Below are positions 28,690 to 36,473 of a DNA stretch of 64,000 bases, in pieces. A program made the translations under genes and the position numbers. A model generated the notes under the pieces. The model saw nothing but the letters and a program-made list of their open reading frames with translations, was not told where the DNA came from and did no database searches. Numbering within the stretch: the stretch's first letter is position 1; the number at the start of each line of letters is the position of its first letter. Origin of the DNA: an uncultured Candidatus Saccharibacteria bacterium (GTDB taxonomy: Bacteria > Patescibacteriota > JAQUNI01); contig CAZKRD010000001.1 of NCBI GenBank assembly GCA_964555185.1, forward strand, positions 303,272 to 367,271, read 5' to 3'.

Positions 28690-30396
28690 ATGTCAGAATA
28701 CATTGTTCCCTTTGCGATGACTAATTTCCGCAATTCAGAACGGAAGTTTGGGATTAAAGGAGATGATCGCCGCAGACACATTTATATTATCGGTAAGACG
28801 GGCATGGGCAAAACCACCCTGCTTGAAAATATGGCAATTACCGATATCCAGGCAGGCAAGGGTTTGGCGATTGTTGATCCGCATGGGCAGTTCGCGGATA
28901 AGATGCTGGATTTCGTGCCCCCTAATCGTATCAATGACGTGGTTTATTTTAATCCCGCGGATTATGATTACCCAATCGCTTTTAATATCTTGGAGCAGGT
29001 GGAGCCGCAGTATAAGCATTTGATTGCCGATGGTTTAGTTGGTGTTTTCAAAAAAATCTGGGCTGATTCTTGGGGGCCCCGTTTGGAGTATATTTTGCGC
29101 AATGCTATTCTAGCCCTCTTGGATTATCCTTCTTCTACTCTTTTAGGCGTGACCCGGATGCTTGTTGATAAAAATTACCGCAAAAAGGTAGTGCGTAAAA
29201 TTCAGGATCCCGTGGTGCGCTCTTTCTGGATTGATGAATATGCTCATTACAGTGAGCGTTTCAGGAATGAAGCAATCTCGCCAATCCAGAATAAAGTAGG
29301 CCAGTTTTTGTCTTCAGCTTTAATTCGTAATATCATTGGTCAGCCTAAATCAGTGATCAATATCCGCGATATTATGGATTCAGGTAAGATTTTATTAATG
29401 AATATCGCGAAAGGCAAAGTAGGTGAAGAAAACAGCGCTCTCTTAGGCGCGATGATGATTACCAAGATTCAGTTGGCGGCAATGAGCCGCGCTGATATCC
29501 CCGAAGACGAGAGGCGCGATTTTTATCTCTATATTGATGAGTTTCAGAATTTTTCCACAGAGTCGTTTGCCAATATTTTATCAGAAGCGCGTAAGTACAG
29601 ATTGGATTTGATTCTGGCTCATCAATACATCGCCCAGATGGAGGAGCCGGTGCGTGATGCCGTATTCGGTAACGTGGGGACGATTGTTTGTTTCCGCATC
29701 GGTGCGTGGGATGCTGAATTTTTAGAGCCGGAATTCCAGCCGGTGTTTACCCAGCTGGATCTCGTTAATTTGACCAAATACGAGATTTATCTCAAATTGA
29801 TGATTGACGGCGTGGCTTCGGATGCTTTTTCCGCCAAGACCTTGCCGCCGATTGAAGACGAGGCGTCCTACTATCCAGAGAGTCGGGATAAAATCATTAA
29901 GATTTCGCGGGAAAGGTACGCCAATGAGCGCTCCGAAGTGGAAGATAAGATTAACCGTTGGAGCGGAGCGGATCAGGAACCCGCGCGCGACAATGTGCCA
30001 AGACAGCAAGAAGAGCACTGGAATAGGGATAGGGATAGACGGGATTATGGTCGTCGCAATTTTAATAACCAGAGAGAACGGGATAATAGATATCAGCAAA
30101 GCAAGCAGGACCGTCGTCCTTGGGACAATTTTGGCCGGCGCTTTCCGCGTAAACAGGAAGTAGAGCCGATTGCTACCCCTGTGCCTAAAAGTATTTCTTT
30201 GAGCGACGCGATCAAGCAGGGAACCCAAACTTTTCGCAAACCAAAAAGAAGACCGGAGCCAGACAAGAGAGAGACAAGAGAGAGTCGCGATTTCACCTCG
30301 CCAAAGATACAGAGGAATCCTAAGGTTCAGGAAAACAGAGACAAAACCCGTCGTCCTGCCCAAGGCGTGCAAGAGGACCAAGTCATTAGACTTTGA
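28690..30396 (+). CDS. TraD/VirD4/TrwB-like P-loop ATPase (DUF87/AAA-like coupling-protein family) with a disordered R/D/E-rich tail
   Basis: Walker A HIYIIGKTGMGKTT and Walker B FYLYIDEFQNF. The arrangement is similar to type IV coupling proteins and HerA. The last ~170 aa are low complexity (RDRDRRDYGRRNFNNQRERDNRYQQSKQDRRPW...). Confidence 0.6.
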   Translation: MSEYIVPFAMTNFRNSERKFGIKGDDRRRHIYIIGKTGMGKTTLLENMAITDIQAGKGLAIVDPHGQFADKMLDFVPPNRINDVVYFNPADYDYPIAFNILEQVEPQYKHLIADGLVGVFKKIWADSWGPRLEYILRNAILALLDYPSSTLLGVTRMLVDKNYRKKVVRKIQDPVVRSFWIDEYAHYSERFRNEAISPIQNKVGQFLSSALIRNIIGQPKSVINIRDIMDSGKILLMNIAKGKVGEENSALLGAMMITKIQLAAMSRADIPEDERRDFYLYIDEFQNFSTESFANILSEARKYRLDLILAHQYIAQMEEPVRDAVFGNVGTIVCFRIGAWDAEFLEPEFQPVFTQLDLVNLTKYEIYLKLMIDGVASDAFSAKTLPPIEDEASYYPESRDKIIKISRERYANERSEVEDKINRWSGADQEPARDNVPRQQEEHWNRDRDRRDYGRRNFNNQRERDNRYQQSKQDRRPWDNFGRRFPRKQEVEPIATPVPKSISLSDAIKQGTQTFRKPKRRPEPDKRETRESRDFTSPKIQRNPKVQENRDKTRRPAQGVQEDQVIRL

Positions 30397-30437
30397 ACTT
30401 ATTTTTTTGAATAATATAGTTAACAGGAGGGAAAGTT

Positions 30438-31004
30438 ATGAAAAAAGATCGTGAAACCTATAAAAATCTGGTCAGGGCTTTTGCCGGCGAGTCAATGGCG
30501 CGCAACAGGTATGAATTTTTTGCTGTTTTAGCGGAGAACGAAGGTTTGCGTTCAGTAGCAAGAATCTTTCGTGAGACAGCGGACAATGAAAAAGCGCATG
30601 CCGAGCGCCATCTCAAGTTTTTGAAAGGTAAAGTGGGCGCCATGGGTGAACTCGGCTTGGACAAATTGGGTGATACAAAGTTTAATCTGGTCCAAGCGAT
30701 TGCCGGCGAGCATTATGAGGCAGCGGCTATGTATCCTGGATTTGCCAAGACAGCGCGAAGAGAGGGTTTTTCCGAGATCGCCAAGGGTTTTAAAGAGATC
30801 GGCGAGGTGGAGGAAAAACACGAGGAGCGCTATAAGTCGCTTTTGAAAAGACTAGAGGATGGGAATATGTTTAAAAGCGTGAAAGTCGTAAAGTGGAAGT
30901 GCTTAAACTGCGGCTATGTCCATACTGGCAAAACCGCACCCAAAACCTGCCCGGCCTGCGCCTTCCCGGAAGGATGGTATGAGCTATCCTGTCGGAACTA
31001 TTAG
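30438..31004 (+). CDS. Rubrerythrin (ferritin-like diiron domain plus C-terminal rubredoxin-like CxxC..CxxC)
   Basis: N-terminus [20 protein letters not shown], ExxH motifs, and C-terminal [10 protein letters not shown]...CPACAFP. The RBS is AGGAGG. Confidence 0.85.
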   Translation: MKKDRETYKNLVRAFAGESMARNRYEFFAVLAENEGLRSVARIFRETADNEKAHAERHLKFLKGKVGAMGELGLDKLGDTKFNLVQAIAGEHYEAAAMYPGFAKTARREGFSEIAKGFKEIGEVEEKHEERYKSLLKRLEDGNMFKSVKVVKWKCLNCGYVHTGKTAPKTCPACAFPEGWYELSCRNY

Positions 31005-31171
31005 CTCCAATCACCAAGATACAATAACCAAGTTACAAACAATAACCAATTATCCAATCACCAATCTGCCTTGCCCCGTCTCGCCGAGGCAGACGACAGA
31101 CAGGTAACCAAACCGTTTGATTATTGGTTATTGAAATTTGTTTGTTTCTTGTTTCTTGGTTATTGGTTATT
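31005..31171 (+). repeat. ~140-bp heptamer-periodic palindromic element (word caccaataacca / tggttattggtg), copy 1, with a 40-bp GC-rich insertion
   Basis: About 85% identical to 34191-34322. The internal hairpin is caatcaccaat...aaccaaaccgtttgattattggttattg. Confidence 0.7.
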
Positions 31172-31564
31172 ATGAACACTTTATCTCAATCTAATTTCGT
31201 AAAAATTTCACTTGATCTTGTTAAGGAAATTTTATACTTCCCCCTCTGGTGGTACTCGCGCGGAGCGGGGAAATATTGGCAATGGGCATGGAAGCGGATC
31301 AAGCAGACAGAGAAGGTTCTCGCTTTCCAGATTATGTTGAAGAATATCTACCGGCCCTTATACGGCGATTACAGTTTTATTGGTATTTTGATTGGACCGG
31401 TGATCAGAAGTTCCTGGCTGATTTTGATTAGTATCGGGATGCTTTTGACCTTGTTGTTTTTCGCGGGTCTTTTTTTGGTTTATCTTCTCCTGCCTCCTTT
31501 TTGTCTTTATATAATTATTTTCCAATATGGCTTTTTCCAAAACGCGAATCCTACACTGCCCTAA
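31172..31564 (+). CDS. Small membrane protein (hypothetical)
   Basis: About 130 aa with 3 predicted TM helices. The track start at 31124 is TTG, so the ATG at 31172 is used. It overlaps the start of the ClpB/C-like gene, which suggests translational coupling. Confidence 0.4.
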   Translation: MNTLSQSNFVKISLDLVKEILYFPLWWYSRGAGKYWQWAWKRIKQTEKVLAFQIMLKNIYRPLYGDYSFIGILIGPVIRSSWLILISIGMLLTLLFFAGLFLVYLLLPPFCLYIIIFQYGFFQNANPTLP

Positions 31565-34190
31565 CTGCAAAGGCGCGGGTTGTTCTCAATGCGGGAACAG
31601 AGGTGTTTTTTTGCAGACAGAAAAAGGGATTTTTTATTGGGGGCCATCCCGGGAGGATCGTTATCTTCGCTGCCAGAGATTCAGTTTGATTCTAAACAAT
31701 TTTTTGGATTATTTGGTTTTGTTTTTCGGCATTGCCGCTTTGATTTACCAGGCCGTAATTTTTATTTGGGAGCGAGGGTTTTTTGCCTCTCCGCTTTTGT
31801 GGGCGGGAATTTTAGCCTTGGCTTTTGCCGGCTTTCGCTTTTCCCGCAGGAAGGAAAAGCAAAAAAGACTGAAATTTTCCAAAGAGCCTTCTCCAGAAAT
31901 TAAAGCTAAGAGTTTGAGCGGTTTGCTCCAATCCAAAGACCTTCTGGATGTCCAGCCTTTTTTAAGCCGGCCGGTCAAATTAACCCTGATCAAAGCCTGG
32001 GCCCAGGCGGGCGGCACCTTGGAGCCCTTTTTTATTTTTAAAAATCTTCTCTCCTGCCGAAAAATAGAAGAACTTATTTTGAGATTAGGTTTGGACTTTG
32101 GAGACTTAAATAAAAAATGGCGCAAGCAGACTCGCCATTTTAAAAGAGAGGCTGGAGTTGGATTTAATCTTGTTTTTAAAAAGCTTGTTTTGGAGAGCTT
32201 GGCCTTTGCCCTATTTCTAGAAAGGGAAACAATTTCGCCTTTGGAGTTTTTTCTAGGCGCGGTCAAAGCAGAGCCGAAACTGCTGGCTCTGTTTCAGGAT
32301 CAAGGTTTAGACCTAAAAGCCCTGTATTATACGGCTCAATGGATTTACAACAAAAAGGAGTTTGTCGGGAGATGGAAGAAATTCTCCGCTCGCGCCAGGT
32401 TCAAGCCAAAAGGAGTAATGAATCGGGCCTATACTTCGCGGGCAACACCGATTTTGGATAGAGTCAGTGATGACTTGACTGTCCAGGCCAGAGCGGGAGC
32501 TTTGCCTTTGCTTGTTAATCGTAAAAAAGAGATTGACGAGATTTTAGTGAATTTAAAGCAGGCAGACGGCAACGCAATTTTAGTGGGCAAACCGGGAGTG
32601 GGCAAATCCGCGATCGTTTATGGCCTTGCTAATCTGATGGCGGCAGAAGAAGTCCCCGAGATTTTGCAGGATAAACGCTTGGTCAGTTTAGATGCAGCTT
32701 CTCTGTTTTCTGTGTCAGGAGAGGGTGAGAGGCCGATTGTTATTTTAAAAAAGATTATTTCTGAAATAATCAAATCCGGCAATATTATTCTTTTTATTGA
32801 TAACATTTCTAACTTGATTGGACTGGGCCGGGGCGGCAGCGGCTTGGACGCGGCAGAGATTGTGATGCGCGTTTTGCCCAAACCCACGGTTCATGCGATT
32901 GGGATATCAACGGAAGAAGATTACCATCAGGTTTTGGAAGCAAGAGGGGATTTTACAAGAAGGTTCCAGATCATCGAAGTAGCAGAACCGGACTCTAATT
33001 TAACATTGGAAATTTTGGAAAGCAGTTCCAGTTTAATTGAATACCAGGAGAACATTTTCTTTACTTATCCTGCCCTAGATCAGGCAATTGTTTTATCCCA
33101 ACAATATATTTATGACAGTTACTTGCCAGCTAAAGCGCTGAACCTCTTGGCTGATGCCGCTTCTTTTGCTCATCGCAAAGGGAAATTAAGGGTTGTCCGC
33201 GGTGAAGATGTAGTTCGCTTAGTAGAGGAAAGGGTTAAGGTGCCGATCTCTAAAGCTACAAAAGAAGAAGGAAAAAAATTACTGCACCTAGAAGAGGAGA
33301 TGCACAAAAGAATTGTTGACCAAGAGGAAGGAGTTGGAATGGTAGCGGAAGGATTGCGCAGGGCAAGGGCGGGAATGCGGGAAAAGAAAAGGCCGATTGT
33401 TTCCCTGCTTTTTGCCGGGTCCACCGGGGTGGGTAAGACCGAGACAGCGAAAACTTTAGCCGAGATCTATTTTGGTTCGGAAGAGCGGATGATCCGCTTG
33501 GATATGAGCGAATATCAAGCCCCAGATTCGATTAATAAGCTGATTGGCGTCTCGGCAGGCCATGCCAGCGAGGGACGAGGTTATCTTACCGCGGCGGTGC
33601 GGAAGAACCCTTTTTCTTTAATTCTTTTGGATGAGCTCGAAAAAGCCCATCCTGATATTTTGAATGCTTTTCTACAGGTGGTTGAAGACGGCAGACTAAC
33701 TGATGGCCGCGGCCGGACTATTGATTTTACGAACACGATAATTATTGCTACTACTAACGCGGGAACGGATGAGATTACGCAAGCGATTAAAGGCGGCGTG
33801 AAATTAGCGCAAATCAAAAGACAGTTTATTGAGAATGTCTTGACCAAGCATTACCGTTTGGAATTTCTCAATCGTTTTGACGGTATTGTTCTCTTTAGAC
33901 CTTTAGCTCCAGAACACGTAGTTGCGATCGCTGGTCTTATGCTTGAGAAAGTGCGCAAACGACTGCTTGCCAAAAATATGCATTTTTCCTATACAAAAGA
34001 GGCGGCAGAAGACTTGGCAAAAAAGGGCTTTGATCCTGTTTTTGGCGCCAGACCCTTGCGCCGTTTGATTCAGAATACCGTGGACAATGCGCTAGCCAAA
34101 CACATTCTTTCCGGAGAACTCGGCCCTCGCGATGTCGCGGTTTTAGAAGCAGGAGGCAGAATCACAATCAAACAGGCAGAAGAAATATAG
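31527..34190 (+). CDS. ClpB/ClpC-family AAA+ chaperone with unusual N-terminal zinc ribbon and 2 TM helices
   Basis: 887 aa. N-terminal CPNCKGAGCSQCGNRG, then two hydrophobic helices. D1 P-loop LVGKPGVGKSAIVYGLA; D2 P-loop AGSTGVGKTETAKTLA with Walker B LILLDELEKAHPD and sensor GARPLRRLIQ. The D1 Walker B reads ILFIDNISNLIG, i.e. DN where DE is expected. Confidence 0.8.
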   Translation: MAFSKTRILHCPNCKGAGCSQCGNRGVFLQTEKGIFYWGPSREDRYLRCQRFSLILNNFLDYLVLFFGIAALIYQAVIFIWERGFFASPLLWAGILALAFAGFRFSRRKEKQKRLKFSKEPSPEIKAKSLSGLLQSKDLLDVQPFLSRPVKLTLIKAWAQAGGTLEPFFIFKNLLSCRKIEELILRLGLDFGDLNKKWRKQTRHFKREAGVGFNLVFKKLVLESLAFALFLERETISPLEFFLGAVKAEPKLLALFQDQGLDLKALYYTAQWIYNKKEFVGRWKKFSARARFKPKGVMNRAYTSRATPILDRVSDDLTVQARAGALPLLVNRKKEIDEILVNLKQADGNAILVGKPGVGKSAIVYGLANLMAAEEVPEILQDKRLVSLDAASLFSVSGEGERPIVILKKIISEIIKSGNIILFIDNISNLIGLGRGGSGLDAAEIVMRVLPKPTVHAIGISTEEDYHQVLEARGDFTRRFQIIEVAEPDSNLTLEILESSSSLIEYQENIFFTYPALDQAIVLSQQYIYDSYLPAKALNLLADAASFAHRKGKLRVVRGEDVVRLVEERVKVPISKATKEEGKKLLHLEEEMHKRIVDQEEGVGMVAEGLRRARAGMREKKRPIVSLLFAGSTGVGKTETAKTLAEIYFGSEERMIRLDMSEYQAPDSINKLIGVSAGHASEGRGYLTAAVRKNPFSLILLDELEKAHPDILNAFLQVVEDGRLTDGRGRTIDFTNTIIIATTNAGTDEITQAIKGGVKLAQIKRQFIENVLTKHYRLEFLNRFDGIVLFRPLAPEHVVAIAGLMLEKVRKRLLAKNMHFSYTKEAAEDLAKKGFDPVFGARPLRRLIQNTVDNALAKHILSGELGPRDVAVLEAGGRITIKQAEEI

Positions 34191-34322
34191 TTACAATCAC
34201 CAAGAAACAATAACCAAGTTACAAACAATCATCAATCATTCAATCACCAATAACCAAACCGTTTGGTTATTGGTGATTGGTTATTGAAATTTGTTTGTAC
34301 CTTGTTTCTTGGTTATTGGTTC
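34191..34322 (+). repeat. ~140-bp heptamer-periodic palindromic element, copy 2 (direct repeat of 31005-31171)
   Basis: caatcaccaataaccaaaccgtttggttattggtgattg is a perfect 17-bp inverted repeat. The two copies flank the small-membrane-protein plus ClpB/C-like module. Confidence 0.7.
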
Positions 34323-34463
34323 TTCTTTGCTATTTGACCTGATTTTTTTTACTTTAAACTTTGACATAAATGAAGATTTAGAGTTATAATATTCTCTTGC
34401 TCTTTTTTTAAAAAACAAAGATCACAACCACAACAACCCTTAGTTAGATAGAGGAGGTCTTAA

Positions 34464-34934
34464 ATGGCACGCAGTAAAAGTGGACAGAAGAGACGCCGGA
34501 CCCAGATCCGGCAGAGGCAGAGACGGAGAGAGAAGAGGAGAAAGGCAAGGTTAAAGGAGCAGATTGGCAAGTCTCCGGAACCTCAAGAAAAAGTCTATTT
34601 CTCTGATCTTTCGGCATCAACCCATCCAGACAATAGATGTCCTCATTGCGACCAAAGAACGGGGCATAGAAGCGAAACAGTGCATACTCAGGATGCGGGA
34701 GATCAAAGACTGTTCCGTTGTCAGAATTGTCAGAAATTGTTTAAACCATACATAGAGGAGGTTTATTACAAAAATCTCCTAGAAGCAGGTTTTACAGATT
34801 GTTGCCCGCACTGCTATAGCAGATCTGGCAATCAAACAGTGTCTATCGATACCAAGGATCAAGGCAGACAGAGACTGTTCCGTTGCGGCAATAGTGAATG
34901 TGGCAGACTGTTCAAACCTCGTCCAAGCTATTAA
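34464..34934 (+). CDS. Small basic protein with two tandem IS1-InsA-like zinc-ribbon motifs
   Basis: 156 aa. The N-terminal arginine-rich segment is RRRTQIRQRQRRREKRRKAR. Two repeats of CPHC...QRLFRC.NC.KLFKP, similar to the C-P-x-C...Q-R-Y-x-C-x-x-C-x-K zinc finger of IS1 InsA. The RBS is GAGGAGG. Confidence 0.5.
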   Translation: MARSKSGQKRRRTQIRQRQRRREKRRKARLKEQIGKSPEPQEKVYFSDLSASTHPDNRCPHCDQRTGHRSETVHTQDAGDQRLFRCQNCQKLFKPYIEEVYYKNLLEAGFTDCCPHCYSRSGNQTVSIDTKDQGRQRLFRCGNSECGRLFKPRPSY

Positions 34935-34942
34935 GTTTTATT

Positions 34943-34968
34943 CCATACAATTATTGTATGGTTTTTTT
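34943..34968 (+). terminator. Intrinsic terminator after the zinc-ribbon gene
   Basis: Hairpin CCATACAA-tta-TTGTATGG followed by TTTTTTT. Confidence 0.65.
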
Positions 34969-35020
34969 ATTCTAAGTTTATTTATTGCTTAAAATTCGCG
35001 ATTATGGCACATTTAAAGAA

Positions 35021-36112
35021 ATGATCAAAGATCACAAAAAAGCAATTGTTTTAATGTCTGGCGGAATTGATTCTTCGGTGGCAGCGGTCTTACTTCAAAA
35101 ACAAGGTTTTGACCTAACTGGTATTTTTATTATCTTCGGCAATCAAAATGATAGAATCAGCAAAGAAAACAAATGCTGCAGCATTGAGGCCCAGGATTCA
35201 GCGCGGCGCGTGGCCGGAAAATTGAACATTCCTTTTTATACAATCAATTTGGCCAAAGAATTTAAAGCGCGAGTGATTGATTATTTCATCTCCGAATACA
35301 AAAAAGGACGCACGCCTAACCCGTGCGTTATGTGCAACAAGTTTATGAAATTTGGTTTAATGCTGGATAAAGCTCTGAGTTTAGGGTTTGATTATGTGTC
35401 CACCGGCCACTACTTGATAAGTGCAAAGTGCAAAGTGCAAAGTGCAAAGTTATTTAAATTATTCCAAGCTAAAGACAGAGTAAAAGACCAATCATACTTT
35501 TTATATACCCTCACCCAAAAAAAGTTGAAGCATTTGTTGTTTCCAGTTGGTGATTATGTTAAAGACGAGATTAGGGACTTGGCAAAAAAGTTCGATCTGC
35601 CAGTCTTGGAACGCAAAGAGAGCCAAGGGGTTTGTTTTGTCGGCGATGAGAGCGTTGTTGATTTTTTAAAAAAGAAGATCAAGGTTGAACCCGGCGAGAT
35701 TGTTGATATTAATACAAAAAAAGCGGTAGGCGAGCATAGTGGTTTGTCCTTTTATACGATCGGCCAGCGCCAGGGGATCGGCGTGGGCGGAATTGGACCC
35801 TATTATGTCGTAAGCCTTGATTTTAAAAGGAATAAGCTGTGGGTTACAAATAAAGCAGGGGATCCGCTTTTGTTTGGAAAAGGGTTTATTGTCAGAGATT
35901 TAAGCTGGGTCGCGGGCAAAAAACCAAAACTGCCTTTTCCCTGCCGGGTTAGAATCAGATACGGTCATCCGAGTCAAAAAGCAGAACTTAAAGCTTCAAA
36001 CAAAGCAAGGATCAGAGTTGAATTCTGTAAAGCCCAGAGAGCGATCACGCCTGGCCAAGCCGCTGTTTTTTATAATAAGAAAGAACTCCTGGGAGGCGGG
36101 ATCATTGTTTAG
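35021..36112 (+). CDS. mnmA: tRNA-specific 2-thiouridylase MnmA
   Basis: PP-loop AIVLMSGGIDSSVAAVLL, plus CNKFMKF and KDQSYFLY motifs. The track start at 34985 is TTG, so the ATG at 35021 is used. A 4x heptamer repeat lies inside the variable loop. Confidence 0.85.
   Translation: MIKDHKKAIVLMSGGIDSSVAAVLLQKQGFDLTGIFIIFGNQNDRISKENKCCSIEAQDSARRVAGKLNIPFYTINLAKEFKARVIDYFISEYKKGRTPNPCVMCNKFMKFGLMLDKALSLGFDYVSTGHYLISAKCKVQSAKLFKLFQAKDRVKDQSYFLYTLTQKKLKHLLFPVGDYVKDEIRDLAKKFDLPVLERKESQGVCFVGDESVVDFLKKKIKVEPGEIVDINTKKAVGEHSGLSFYTIGQRQGIGVGGIGPYYVVSLDFKRNKLWVTNKAGDPLLFGKGFIVRDLSWVAGKKPKLPFPCRVRIRYGHPSQKAELKASNKARIRVEFCKAQRAITPGQAAVFYNKKELLGGGIIV
35421..35450 (+). repeat. In-frame heptamer tandem repeat (agtgcaa x4) inside mnmA
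   Basis: agtgcaaagtgcaaagtgcaaagtgcaaag encodes SAKCKVQSAK in the variable loop before the conserved KDQSYFLY. Confidence 0.7.
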
Positions 36113-36167
36113 TGTCTTTGTTTATAGTACAATAAAACCGTGTTTTCATTATTAATTCCAAAAATTT

Positions 36168-36473
36168 ATGGCAAATGTGACAGCTCAGCTTGATAAAGAA
36201 ATTTTAAATTTAGGACAGGAAAGACAGAACAAACATCGATTGAAATTAGAGTTCGAGCGGGACATCGCTGATTTAGGGAGGAAAATTGAAGAAAACAGGA
36301 AGAAATATGAGGAGGAAATGAAAAAAGCGGAATCAAAACTGCGAAGAGAGAGAAAGGACTTGGAGCGGGATTTAGACAAAATAGTGAGAGAGATTAGAGG
36401 GATGGATCGTGAAATTGAAAACTTAGCTCAAAAATTAAGGGATTTTCCCAAGGGACACAATGGAATCTTCTGA
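36168..36473 (+). CDS. Small coiled-coil protein (hypothetical)
   Basis: 101 aa, highly charged K/E/R heptads. The stop overlaps the alaS start. Confidence 0.35.
   Translation: MANVTAQLDKEILNLGQERQNKHRLKLEFERDIADLGRKIEENRKKYEEEMKKAESKLRRERKDLERDLDKIVREIRGMDREIENLAQKLRDFPKGHNGIF

Noticed and set aside
29722-30381. 219-aa minus-strand ORF overlapping the C-terminal tail of the VirD4-like ATPase
   Set aside because: It lies antisense to a low-complexity, repeat-like coding segment and has no start context. The + strand frame continues uninterrupted from a well-supported ATPase.
31745-32266. 173-aa minus-strand ORF antisense to the ClpB/C-like gene
   Set aside because: It is nested antisense in a well-supported AAA+ gene and is lysine/serine-rich low complexity.
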